Assembly (NCBI GenBank): GCA_015680685.1 | Contig: MNCI01001457.1 | Span: 77,201-141,200 of the forward strand | Source: Gnetum montanum | Lineage: Eukaryota > Plantae > Gnetophyta | Length of the DNA: 64,000 nt | Direction of reading: 5' to 3' | Part shown: positions 23,946 to 37,200 of the stretch, one piece after another | How positions within the stretch are numbered: position 1 is the stretch's first letter | Layout of the letters: each line of letters starts with the position of its first letter | Program-made: the position numbers and the translations under genes | The notes under the pieces: generated by a model | The model's database searches: none | What the model saw: only the letters and a program-made list of their open reading frames with translations | Told to the model about the DNA's origin: nothing

Positions 23946-25075
23946 ATGGTTGAATCTACAAGCACTAAGTAGTAGGTAATGGTAAGTATGGGTTTTAATG
24001 AGGAAACCATCGACAATTTTAGCATTTTAAACATCTTGGTTATTTTGTAGGTGCCAAGGAGCAAATGGCTCAAAATTTCTTTGCAGCATCATGAAGCCTA
24101 CTACTTTGAGTGGTATAATCACATGAACATAGTGGCGCTACAACAACTAGAAGCAATGGGTTGTGGGGCTTTCATCAAGCACCCTATTAATTAGTTCATC
24201 TAGGAGGAAATTTTGAAATTTTACTAGAACCTTAAACCGCATTTGACAAAGGCAAATCCCCCAAAATGTGACTTAATGTCTATCATTCAAAAGACAAGAG
24301 TACAGACCATGGCATCTAGGCTACAGGAGTGGTTTGGGCTCCCAACTAGGGGGAGGATATTTTCCATCCAAAAGTAAGCATTAAGGAGAAGTATGGCCTC
24401 TTCCATTAGTTTATTGGAGAGACTAACTCTATGAGGCTTTAGGTGCAAGATTTATACTTTGTCAACCTCCACCCTAAACATCAGGTAATGGTGAGGATGA
24501 TCATCACCAATGTTCTTCCTTCCATCCACATGACCTATGTGCTCAACCCTACACTCTACATCATGAAGGCATTAAAGTATGATGAGGAAGCTAATTTTGC
24601 TTACTTCTTAATTAAGTATTTGATATATCATTATAACAATGATGCCTTGAAATTATGTTTTCCATTCCTCATTTTAGCAATCCTTCGAAAGTGTGGAGCT
24701 CTTGAGCTATAGATAGGAAAAAAGATGTACCTTTTAGTTTTCAAGAAGGACATATTTGCCCACTCTCTTAAAATCTACACAACGCTTGACCTGTTTGTCA
24801 AGGAATCACAAGAATCGGGTTCTTCATTGGCACTAGAAGCCAGTGACATCCATGGATTTCAAGATGAAGTTTGATCCTAACTACATGAGCTCTAGTTCAC
24901 ATAGAGGGAGGTTCTCACAATGGTTGAGAAGGTTAGCTCAACCCTCACCAACATTTATAAAAAGGTGATGGACATTGAGAGATATGTTCACCCTCAAATA
25001 TATGATGATGAAGAAAGGGCAAAACCCTCTCACTTTGAAGAAGATATGGAAGTGGAAGCTAGTTCAGAGGCTTGA
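23946..25075 (+). pseudogene. Accessory ORF (ORF2) of element B, short version, with predicted intron 23982-24050
   Basis: Fragment 24443-24712 '..NFAYFLIKYL..LKLCFPFLILAILRKCG' resembles the plant-transposon-protein motif LPFPxLIxxLC. It lies between pol and the PPT in sense orientation. ATG|GTAAGT...TTTTGTAG|GTG splices in phase. Confidence 0.65.
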
Positions 25076-25389
25076 TGCATGCCCTAGATTTAATATTATT
25101 TTTTGTTTAATGGTTGTGTAGACATTATGGTGATTGTGGACAACTTAAATTTTCTTTCTTTGTATTAAACTTTGATACTAGACAGTGAGCATTAATGATC
25201 TTTTGTTTATGCGTATATGATTTAGATGCATTGAGTTTTAAATTGTCAACAATATCATTCATATAGTGTTAGCATATTCATTATAATTTTTTTTTATTTT
25301 TCTATACAACTTTGTATATATATTAGTGTTTTTCCTTATATGATTCCTCCTTTATGGTCAAGCATTGGTCAAAGGCTAGTCATGGGTTA

Positions 25390-26316
25390 TGTTGAACCTT
25401 GAATTACTTCATATTTTAATATTATAAAATAGTCTTTCTATTTTTTTCTACTATTTTCATATATCAAAGCTAATCAATTTTGGCAATATAAATCAATAAG
25501 TATTAACTTCTCTTTAAATATTGTGAATTGTAGGAAATCACAAGAGTGATGGAGATCAATATCGATTATATTGATCATCATAGTGGTTGTGATATGGATT
25601 GATAACATGGGTTTCCATAGAGCAAAAGTCTTAAGAAGAAATCAAGATATCAATTTGCATAGAAAGGTTATCTTAGCTGATAATCAAAGATCCTAGAATT
25701 GGTGATTCAATTTGATGAAAATTCAAATTAGTTGTGATCAATTTCTTCAATGCCAATCGATTCTCAAATTGTTTATTTTCATACATTATTGTAATTTCTT
25801 TTGAGTATAAATAAGAGCCTCAAACTATGTGTTTGGGAGGATAAAAACTCAAGAGAAAACCCATACCAAATTGTATCTTCTTCTACATTAAAACTATTAA
25901 GAAAGAGTGTTGATGCTTTATGATAATCAACAACCATTGATGTATGAAGGCTATGAAGTTGTTGCATTGTGGAGATAGTAGAGCAAGGTCACAACTTAGT
26001 TGACATTTCCTTTATAATCTTCTATATTTATGATAAATTTATGTAACTTAAATTTGGTTTAATTAACTTATTTCATCTTTGAACTTAATATTAGAAGTAA
26101 AGATGAAATATTGTTGATTTTACTTATGGGTAATAGTCATAAGTGTGGATTTTTTTATTGAATTTGGGTTTAATTGTTATTTACCTTGATGATCTCTTTG
26201 ACTTGGAACCATTCCTCCATGGATACAACTCACTAGTTAGTCACAAAGGAGGTGAAATCTCTACAACGAGGATAACAACAAAGGTAATTCAATACCAAAC
26301 TTTGGCTAGCTCGTCA
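25390..26316 (+). repeat. Second LTR of element B (PPT upstream and PBS downstream)
   Basis: TGTTGAACC...GCTAGCTCGTCA, homologous to 8731-9641. Confidence 0.88.
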
Positions 26317-26724
26317 ATTTGGCATTGTTGCTAGGGAGGCTGGTAGAGTTAATAGTCATCAAGGATTCTATACATTTTCAAATTGATTTTGTAAATCTAA
26401 TACTTTTCAGGTACATTTTAATTTTTTTTTATTTTAATTTTTTTTGTTGAGTAGTTCTAGAAATGGTTTCTTTTAATGATTTTTCTTGTAAGAAATTTAA
26501 GAATAAGGAAAAAGTAAAATCCCAAGAATCAGGTCCTCTTATTGCCCAACCTACAAAAATTGTTATGAAATTTGTAATTAAAGAAACAATAGTAGCATTA
26601 ATTAAATTAATTTATAGAGTCTTTGGATTAGTGGCCCATGAATGTGCCAAAGAAGAGTGTGCTTGTTAAATGAAATCAATAAAGCAACTAAGGAAATAAA
26701 CACAAATCCAACTAGGAATGATTT
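26317..26724 (+). mobile_element. Second PBS and 5' leader of a B-family element, truncated
   Basis: TGGCATTGTTGCTAGGG at 26320-26336, then collinear with 9662-~10065 before similarity stops. Confidence 0.85.
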
Positions 26725-26997
26725 GTTACAGAACTACTTCAAATAGGAATGATTTTCTTACTTTCAGTGCTAAACTAAGATGGTGTTATTACAACCATGA
26801 TTTATATAAGCACAATTAAGCTTAACCTTTGAACATATCTTGAGTAGATTTTCTTTACTTACAATTCCTATGAGCCATTGCTAAAAAAATAATAAGTTTA
26901 TATGGACACAAATAAACTATTAGGATTTAGCATACCTACATGAGTATAAGAACATTTAGGATGGATCATACACAAAACAAAAACCCTCTATCACAAG

Positions 26998-27877
26998 TGA
27001 TGAGGGGCAAGTATCCCCTACGTTGAACCATATGAATCATAAGCATTCACTAGTGATCTAATTTAATTCCATAGACTTAGTCTCCTAAGTTTTCCTATAG
27101 TCCTAAATAGTGCATCGTGGAGTTGTATGATCGTTATCTTCCTAACTCATACCTGTGTTATCAGTGCATATCGTTAAATATGAGTTAAGGTACATGATGT
27201 ATATTTTTATGAGTATTTTTATATATTTTTATCCTAATGAACAGGTGAGTGAATAAAGATTTAACAATTAATTATCTAACTAATTAGCTAATCTAGTAAC
27301 TAACTATCCTAATGTAAAGTAACCATTCCCACTTATTGCACACATCCCAAACTTGTATTAATGTTGTTTGATTACCAAGTGGCTATTACTAGGCATACTA
27401 AATATCTACTATTGGGATTTCCAAGCACAGTATGTTATGATCCAAATGTTCATACTCATGTATTTTTAGGATTAATCACATTAATTATTTAAGGCCATAA
27501 ATGTAAATTGAATTGAAAGTAAAGTGTTAAAGAGTAAACTAATCTAAGTGCTACAATGAATGTGGAAAATCTTGACTTTATTATCATTCATGCCAATGTG
27601 TTTAGGTACATAGGCACTCAAATAAAGCACCATATAATCTCTTAAATTCATACTACAGGCACTCAGAGGAAAAATATTCTAACTCTAGAGAAGAGAAAAT
27701 TCAAGAACTTGGCTATGCTATGATTTCTAAGTGACATAAATGTGGATGGTGAGCACATTTACATAGATCCTACCTACATTAGTGTCAACACATCTATGTC
27801 AATGCATCCTACCATGCGTTGACAAGGATACATCAATGGGGCTATGTTAACACAGATTGTCTAATTATGACTCATTA
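26998..27877 (-). mobile_element. Solo LTR (Athila-like family)
   Basis: Termini TGATGAGG...GACTCATTA with flanks ACAAG / GCAAG (TSD with 1 mismatch). Similar to the reverse complement of 62598-63531. No PBS or PPT adjacent. Confidence 0.75.
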
Positions 27878-29589
27878 GCAAGTTTGGTAAATTAAAAATG
27901 TTGTGCACATTTCTTTTCATTTGGGTTTCTACTATTTTTAGGTTGTTGGGCAAGCATTGATATGAAATTTTGTTGGATCTTCTTGAAAATGGAAGTCTTT
28001 TACAATGGATGAAGATTTGTAAAAGCAACAAAGAGAATAGGTTACTTTCAATTTTTCAACCAAGATATTGATGAACTTCGATAGCTTTGTTTGCAAGGAG
28101 AAGACTACCAATATTTGCAAAAATTTAATGGATAATTACAATTCATAACACATAGTAGAGATGTAAATTCAAGGTAAGCATACCAATTTGCTAGGCTCAA
28201 TGTTTGTTGGGTTTTGGCAAAGCATAGTCTTAGTTAAAATATGCTAATGTCTGAAAGAACTATTTAGTTTTGTTAAGGATAATTCTATTTTTATTTTCTT
28301 GGTTATCAAGGACAAGGAGTGAACAATAGCATTAAAATAAAAAATAAAAAAGTATGAAAGAACAACTATCAGGTATTGAGCTGCAAAATAAATTGTGAAT
28401 GCAATAGAAACCCTTAATTAGTGAATGAAACAAAGTTGAAAATCCATTAGATAAAAAATTCAGTAGCTATAGCATACATCAACCTCACAATCCATTAGTC
28501 AAACACATGTTAACAATATTTACAATTTGGCACAAGTAATAGCATTTATAGATAGTGAGATTCAGGTAAAATAAAGAAGGCAAAAAAACTTTAAAAATGT
28601 AAATCATACTTACAACTTGTTGAGAAAAATTATAGAGAATTAATGAAATAATTAAGCCAACTTCAACAAGTCTAAGGATTTATAAAAAAGCATAGAAGTA
28701 TTATTCATCAATGATGAACCCAACAAAAATAGTTTAAAGAACAATCAAAGATAAACAAAAATAAATATTCAACAAAAATAGTTTTAGATTACTTTTTAGC
28801 AGGTGAAGCATGGCATCATCCACAAAAAATTTATAAGAAAATGTGAATATACAACCTCAAAGTGCAAGAATAGTCTTCAAAACCTTCAAGGTTTGTCAGA
28901 TAAAGAATAGTCTCTAAAACTTGAAAGTTTTCCTAGTAATGCACAAGGAGATAGTGCTTATTATACACATAAGAATAGCATTTAGAATAGAAGAATTATG
29001 CATCGATTTACCAAATCCTTAAATTAGTTTATTCAATGAGTTAGTTCATTTAAGTAAATGATACTTTCAAAAGTTCATCATTTATCTTATCTCTTAAATG
29101 CAACTCCACAAACGTAATGTGAAATCAATGAGAATAGTTAAGCATTGGAAATCATCTTATACAAATTTATCTATTATGAAATGGTAAGATATATTTGTTA
29201 AAAATGTGTTGCACTTTTAAAAAGTTTCTAATATAATCTGAAATAAATAATTCATTTTCAACAACATTTCCTATGTTCAATGTGAAGGTTGTATTTTTGG
29301 AAACTATGTTTAATATCTTCTCTTATTATTCATCATTGCTTGCACATATTTTTTTCTTAATCCTTTATTATTTCTTATCACTTTTCTTCCCTTTTCTTCT
29401 TCACCTTATTCTTCATAATTGATTGAAGGCTACTTATGTTCCATATATGGGATCATAATAGTTTATACAATAAGTCACATCTTTTGTTATGATCTATTTA
29501 AAAGTGATCATAAACAATCTTGAATAGTTATGAAATTAATGATTTTACATCATGCTATGATCATAGTCTAATATGACAGGCATCTAATA

Positions 29590-32230
29590 GTACCTTCATC
29601 TTTTCTTCCTTGCTCCTAAGATTATTAATTTGTCTCATGGGCAAGGTAAAGTAGGGAATAATTTCTTCATATTTATGAACCAACTTGTGAATTGTTTATG
29701 CTAATGTTAAATGCATGCACTATGTTTTGCAGTTCCTAGTAATATCCCATTCATTTCACCAAGTTCTTTGTCATTGATCACTAATCTTTGAATCAGCCTT
29801 CAAAAACCTCAAGCTTCACATTAGTTATCTCTAGCTTCTACTTAGTCTCTTTGTGAAGTGTAAACTCCACCTCATACAAGAGGTGGAATTTAGCTAGCTA
29901 CTTCTAAATTTTAGACCTTGGTTACCCTAAATTCAACATCACTAGGTTTGCATATTGAAGGTTGGTTAATTTTATATATTTTTTCATCTCTTCAATCTAC
30001 TACTTCTTCATTTGAATATCTACTTGATTATATATGTTTAGCCTATCTAAGATGGGTTGCCATATATTTCCATGTTGCTGGAATTGTTAGAGAACATCAT
30101 TTATTTTTATCTTTGCTAGTTTAATCTTCTTCTCATTCACCTTCTTGAGCATGCTGACCTAGTCCTTGTGGTGATTTTTTACCTTCTCGTATTTTAGGAT
30201 CTCATTATTACAAGTGGTAATCTCAATGATTGCCTTTTGGTATATGGTGAGTACCTCATCTCTTGAGAGGTTTCTATTTTTTGCAACTAACCTCCTTACA
30301 TCCTAGTTTATACTAGCGAGTTGTTCTTACTGCTATCTAAGGTATTCTTCCATCTATTCTTTTATTTTTATACCTTAAGTACATGTTAGTTTTCCTTTGT
30401 TATTTTTGTGTTATCATGATGCACCTGGATGAGATCATTATTGTTGGTATGCAATATTGGATCTAATAAGATTGCATTCCAAATGACCTTTTCTTTTTCT
30501 TCCTCAACCGTGCACTAACACTTTTGAAGCTTCTTAAAGTTTCATTCCTAGTTGGAAGATGGCTAGATCTACTAGAAGAGCTTTGAATTTAGCAACTTTA
30601 GCTACAAACCATTGATTAATAATTGTAGCCTCTTGGAGTTGTGCTTCTTTGACGAGTAGCTTGTCCCTTATTTATAGCAATTTTGACTAAGTGATAATAT
30701 CTTCCAAGATATTGAATATCTCTAAAATTAGTCACTTAGTTTCCACTAGTCATTCCAACATTTGCTTGTGTGTGCAGTAGTCATATCCCTAATCCTAGTT
30801 CGTATAGACACTTGAATATCTACCATGACAAAAATATTAGGCATAGATGTTCCAAGAGCCCTTAGTGCTTCATCAATTCTATCAACAACCATCTTACTAG
30901 ATGTCTCGTGATCCTTCTATGGCATGACTAGGACTTTTTCCTCTTCCCCCTCCTCTAGAACCATAGAGAAGGCCATGAGATTACTTTAAATTTCTAGAAA
31001 TTGTTTAAAATGTAAGGATATTATGATTTTCTTTGTAGCAAGGTTGGTATGAATAGCAGCCTAGACTTGTTGAGAGGAGAATAGATTTCTCAAGTCATTT
31101 TCCATCTAGTTAATGATCCTAGTGACCTTATTAAGTAGCTCATGATCAAATAGTATGCTAATGATTCACCATCACTAGATTCTTGTTATTATTGCTACTC
31201 CCTAAGTTACTTGAAATGCTCTACATCTCTAGTAGTTTTGTATATAGGTAGTAGAAGTGGTGGCATGTTCTCTTAAAATTTAGTGGATGCCTTATCCTTA
31301 ATCATCTTCTACCATGATGCAGCACAAGCCCTATTGAGTATGTCATTTACATAGCAAGCTATTCCTCTACTTTTACACAATTTTCTAATCATGCATGGAA
31401 GGGGAGTATCTTTTTATCCTTTTCACTTTTCCTAAATTTCTTTTCAATTCCTAGGAAGGTTAATTAGAGTAGATTAACAAGGAATTTCCTACTTAGAGTA
31501 GCATATGCCTAGGCAAAGGAATTTATAACCTTACTTGGTTATACCATTGGATTCAAGTGGTAGGCTATCATCTTGAAAGAAATCCTCTCTACCTTGGTAT
31601 GAGCATTGTACTCCTTGTGATTCACTTCATAGTACCATTATGTCCATAACTTTTTTACTTTATCATTCACTTGAGTAGCCACCTCTGCAAGTTATGCCAC
31701 AATATTAGGTAATTCCAAGGCCTTCACTATGGACTCCACTAAGGAGGAAATGGTAATGTCCTTTATCTTGACTGTCACATCTTCCTAGAGGTTATTCTAG
31801 AAGAGATACACCTCTCCAAGATACCATTTCTCATTGGTGAAAATAGTGGGCCAAAGTGGGGATGCCTACAACTATGTTTGAACCTTCATTGGTGCCAACT
31901 TAAGAAATTGTTCAAAGTTTGACTCTTCAAAAATTGTACTTTGGACCTTCTTATTGAGGATTTTTTCTAGGCATGCACCTGTTATAGTAACTTCTAGGTT
32001 TGGCCTAGGTCTAGGTGCTTCATCCTACCTAGACTATCTAGATTTAGTGGTGAAAATCTATTAGGTAGATTCCAACATTGGTTCCTTCTATAGTGGTCTT
32101 GTCACATGAGTTGCTTTAGTAGCTTGTTCAACTTACTACTATTTTTGTTATTGTCCTCATCCTTCCCTAGGGTGTTTTTACCTTATCTATGATGGTTCAC
32201 CCACTTGAGGACCTCATTTAGGAGCTAGAT
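29590..32230 (-). pseudogene. Accessory ORF (ORF2) of element C, decayed
   Basis: Begins near 'APK*GPQ'. Contains 'LP(F)PCMIRKLCKSRG' (~31410-31365), matching ORF2 of A and D. The E/K-rich C-terminal part is recognisable only in fragments. Confidence 0.6.
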
Positions 32231-34259
32231 ATAATTACATGGATGATCATGAATTAGTGATTATTGCATGGGCACAACTATAGGTACCCTTAGATCATCT
32301 ATTTGTTAGCTTATGTTCAAAAAATATAGCTCTAATACCCTTAAGTGAATGTAGATTTCTAGGATTAAAAGTCCTATGGTAATTACATGTTTTTTATTTT
32401 TGATTTTAATTATTTAATTAATTAATTTTTTATCATTATTTACCTTAACTACCTATGTTAGTTAACTATGGGATATTAGAATTTGTTAACAAAATTGATG
32501 TTTGGTGGCCCCACGATGTAGAGCTCAACTCTAGAAGTTCACAGAATCAAAAATGAGTTGAATAAGATAATCTAAGAACAATTTAACACTATTGGAAGGC
32601 TTATGGTTCTAAAAATTGCAAAAATTTCTCATGCTCTTGAAGGCAAATGATATAATTTGGGCTAAATGATGTGCATATTTATAAATTTTTTGTCTTGTAT
32701 TGATAGGGATGCATCAACATATCAGATCATATTAATGGGATCATTGATGTAGTTAATCAACACAATTTCTCTCAATTTTTAAAGTAAACTTTGCAAAATT
32801 TCAAGCAATTTGGGGATCTAATGAGAGCAAAAAGATCCAAGGTTGAGACCAAAAATCATGATGTTTCAATGGAGGTTTATAGAAATATAGAAGCTTGAAC
32901 ATTTAGAAATAGGGGTTCATGTCCACCAAGGAAATTCATGAGAAGATGACATAAAATTAAGGATGCATTCATTATTAAAATTGCAACAAAATATGGATGG
33001 ACATGTGAAGATGATGCATAGACTAGATGTCTAAGAGTTACATAAGTAGATCCTCCCTAAAGTAGCCTTAAGCCTTTAATGCCCTTGTATAACTACTTCA
33101 TAAGGTGTTCATAGGCACATTGTAAATTTAATATCAATCTTGCCTATAAGCTGTGCCCATAATCATTGCCATTAGAACCCTGTACTATACTAAACAAATT
33201 CATTATATTAGCCATAATACTTGGAAGTGAGATGGATGGTGGAAAATACAAGGGATTGCAGGAATTAGGATGTGAAATACTGTACAACTTCCATAATAAG
33301 CCCTTGTATGAGTATGTTGTTAAAATGATTAGAATACCCTTTTGCTTAGGTTTTAGATCATATTCACACTTGCACCAGTAGAATCACATTACATCAACCC
33401 AATCTTACAACTATGAGACCATCAAAACTACAGAAAGCACCATTACTTGATAATATTTAACAAAGAAGTAGTTAATTAATTATTGAACATTAATTTTAAG
33501 AAAACTTGGTCATTGGTCATAAGAGTATCTTTAAGCATGAGTAACATATCTTTCTAGCCCCATAACCAATGTTAATCTCACTAGAGGAGTGCCTTTAGGC
33601 ATGGGTAACATGTCTTTCCAATGTGATCCCTAGGAATATTTCTTATATGAATGAATTAATTAATGTATCAATCCTACTAAAGGACTAGCTTTAGGCATGG
33701 ATAACATGTTTTTCTAGTAACATGGCAAGGTAACACTTATTCAAGAACATGATTTTATTCAAGATTAAAACATGAATAATGGTACAACTATGTAGCATGA
33801 TGAGACCTGTAGAGAAACCTTAAAGAAGTAAAAAAAAATCCTCTTAATTTCATACCCATTTCATTTTCTCTTAATCCTTATCCCTTTCTTTGGATAGATA
33901 TATTGTGAATTTATTTTAGTTTTTATGCAAAAGAACCATATTGCTTTCATGATGTGGACTTATTATTAATAGAAATGGAGGGATGGATGTCATGGACTTA
34001 CTACCTTGTACCATAAAAATAACAATTCTTATGTAATGCATGATAATAATAAACACAAGAATTTAAAAACATAAACAACTCAAAGAAATAGAATTACTAT
34101 AAGAATCTTAAAAATTTTCAAGAAATGGAAAAAAATATGAAGAACATGAAAAAAATCAAAAGAATGATGCAAAACAAAAAGGATGAATAGTGTATCCTCA
34201 TAAGATGTTAGGCAAAATGGGTATCTCTCCCATGAATGGGTTGGAAGGAGGAGATATGG

Positions 34260-37200
34260 AAACTAAAGTGAGTTTGGTCTTACTTTGAGGTATTATTGTG
34301 GGCCATGATTACTTGAAATTCATTAAAAGGTTTCACCTATTGCATGTTAATTAATATATGCTTATCTAGACTTGGTGGATAGTAAATCTTCATGCCTCTA
34401 AAATGAAAGGTAGAATGCATGATATAAGATCTCTCTCATAATGTTTGAAATCTCATTCATTAAGATAAATAAGTAGGATTCCAATAGAAAACCTTGTCTT
34501 CTAGTTGAAATTCTACCTTTCGAATATTAGCATCATAACATTGTTTATTATATGCCTTATGTACTTCATTCATCATGAGGACCACTATTTTATTTTCATT
34601 TATCACATTGAAAGTCACTAGCTATTTTTTTGTGCTAGGTTGATATCTAGGTTGAGGTCACATGTAGTTTTTAGTGTATGGATTTAAGTTTGGATTAGAA
34701 GTTTGGGTAACTTTTTAAACACTAGCTTGTAGAGGGAGTATCCTATAGCAAGTCTCTATGTGAAGTGATAGATCCATAAGGCATCATTCACTTTTATGCT
34801 CCAATATTTCCTATATTTGATGATTTTTCTAGTTATAATTTATGTAATCTCCCTATTTGTTATTTCTACTTGATCATTGGCTTGGGGATGATAGGGTGTT
34901 ATAAGTTTATGCTTCACCCCCAAGCATTGCATCAACTTCTTTAATGTGGTATCTATGAAATAGATTCCATTGTTAGAAATTAGTGCATGAAGCATACTAA
35001 ACCTAGTTACCACCTATTGTTAAAAAACTAAGTCCCAGTTATGAAAGTACAATTGGTGATAGCTCCAGCCTCTACTCATTTTGTGCAATAATGAACAACA
35101 ATAAGAATACAAGACTTTCCAGTAGACATTGGAGAGATGGAGCCTATGAAACTAATTATCCACAAATCAAAAGGCTCTAATGATTAAATTTAGTGTTGAG
35201 GTTCCTTCATCCTAATGGTCATTCCTTCATCTTGTTGGTAACATTAATATGAATGGGAAAAGTAGTGTACATCAACGAAGATCATTGGCTAGAAATATTT
35301 TGCCATCAAAATTTTTTATGATTGTTCTCCTTCCAATATAGTGGCCCCTACAAGGACCTTGATGAACATCTTGAAGAATCATTGGTTAATCATCATCAAG
35401 CATACACCATCATATTAGGTCATTGACACAAATTCTATAAAGATTATTATCTATCTCCATGAAATGCTTGAGCTACTATAGGAATTGATACTTTCTCTTA
35501 CAATTTCATTTAGTAGGAGTCTCTTATGTGAGTAGATAGGAGAGGAAATTAGCATACTATGTTGTGGATCTTTGACTTGTGGACATAATTTCTTTGGCAA
35601 AGAGTAGCTCATTAGAAAATTTTTCGAAAAGAGGCTCTTAATCAACTTTGTTATCCCATTTCAATAGACACAAATGATCTACAACTACATTCTTGGTTCC
35701 TTTTCTATCCATCATTGTAAGATTGAATTCTTGCAAGATCATCAACTACTATATGATACAAGGATTCACTGATAGTTTATTCATTAGGAAGTGGATGTCA
35801 CTATGATTTGTGTGCATAAAAACATGCTATCCAAGCAAATAATGCCTAAATTTTTTAGGAGCTTACAACATGTCCATTAATTCCTTCTCTATTTTGGTGT
35901 AATTTAATTGTGCACATGCAATGCTTTTACTTATGTAGTAGATGTAGTATGAATGTTTCTATCTGTCCAACTATGTAAGCACTACTCTCAAGGAAAAATT
36001 AGATGCATATCTCATGATATTAAATGATTTATATCATTCTAGTACTTGTAGATTTAGGCTTTCCATAAGCTTTTACTTTAAGAGTTAGAATGCATCCTCT
36101 CATCCCTCATTTCATTTAAATGGTATATCCTTCTTTGTTAGCTTTACTAATAGTTTGATGATTTCTGAAGAAACTCTTGATAAACCTACTATAGCAACTC
36201 ATGTGTATAAGGAAGGATCTAACATCTTTAATAATATGTGATTGCCTTGTAATTCCTAGGATTACTTGTACCTTTTCTTGATCTATCTCAATATTCTTTT
36301 ATAAAATGTGATGTCCCAAGATAATGCCCTCATGGACCATTAAGTGGCTCTTTTGCTAATTAATATTAAGGTTGGTTTCCATACCTCATTTCAAAACTTG
36401 CTTAAGATGGTCCAAAACTTGTTCAAAGCCAACATCATAGGTGAAGAAGTCATCCATAAAGACCTCTACATCACCACCAATTTTTCTACTAAGAGATGCT
36501 AAAGACTATGTATTGAAGATTGCAAGAGGAATGCATAGGCCAAAGGACATCTTTCTATATGCAAATATTCTCTAGTGATTTGTGAATATTACTTTGGCTT
36601 GGTCCTCTAAAGTGATATGAATTTGATTGTAACCACTGTATTTGTCTAGAAAATTGTAGTATTTATACCCTAAGATGGTGTCCAACCTGTGATTCTTAAA
36701 TGACAAAGAAAAGTGAGTTTTGAAAGTCGTCATATTTAATAGATTGAAATCAATGCAAACCCTCTCTTACCTATATTTATTAGGCACAATGATAAGTGGA
36801 TTTACCCACTCACTATTTGCCACAAGATAGATGAATCTTACCTTAAAGAGATTTTCTCCCTCCTTCTTAACAACTTGTTTCAACTTTGGGTTCACCTTCT
36901 TTATGGTTATCTCTTTGACTTGATGGTAGAGTCTGTGTAGGTCTTGTGTTGGCATGTGCATGGATCAATTTTGATTATCTCATCATATAACTATGTAAAG
37001 GCTATTGATCATTACCTTCATCATCTTCTCTTTTTGATCTTTAGTAAACTAGACATTGATGATTACTAGTTTTTGATGATTTAGGAACACATACTTTAAG
37101 GATTTCAGTAATGTCTTTAGCTTAAGAGATTTTGGTTCAAAGGTTTCTAGAATTTTCATATCTTCCTAATATACTTTTTTTTCCTTTTGTATTCTATATC

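Larger units (their letters stand above)
8731..26316 (+). mobile_element. Element B: Athila-like Ty3/gypsy LTR retrotransposon, decayed, with nested copia
   Basis: LTR pair 8731-9641 / 25390-26316, PBS TGGCACCATTGCTAGGG, gag-PR-RT-RH-INT order, long post-pol spacer, accessory ORF, and PPT-like CTAGTCATGGGTTA before 25390. Confidence 0.9.

Noticed and set aside
26998-27877. Possible missing 3' LTR of element C
   Set aside because: It has its own near-perfect TSD, no adjacent PPT, and is too diverged from 39684-40472 to be its partner.
27883-29500. AT-rich stretch (also 3807-5050) examined for host exons or TE termini
   Set aside because: No recognisable protein motif, RNA gene or terminal structure could be supported.
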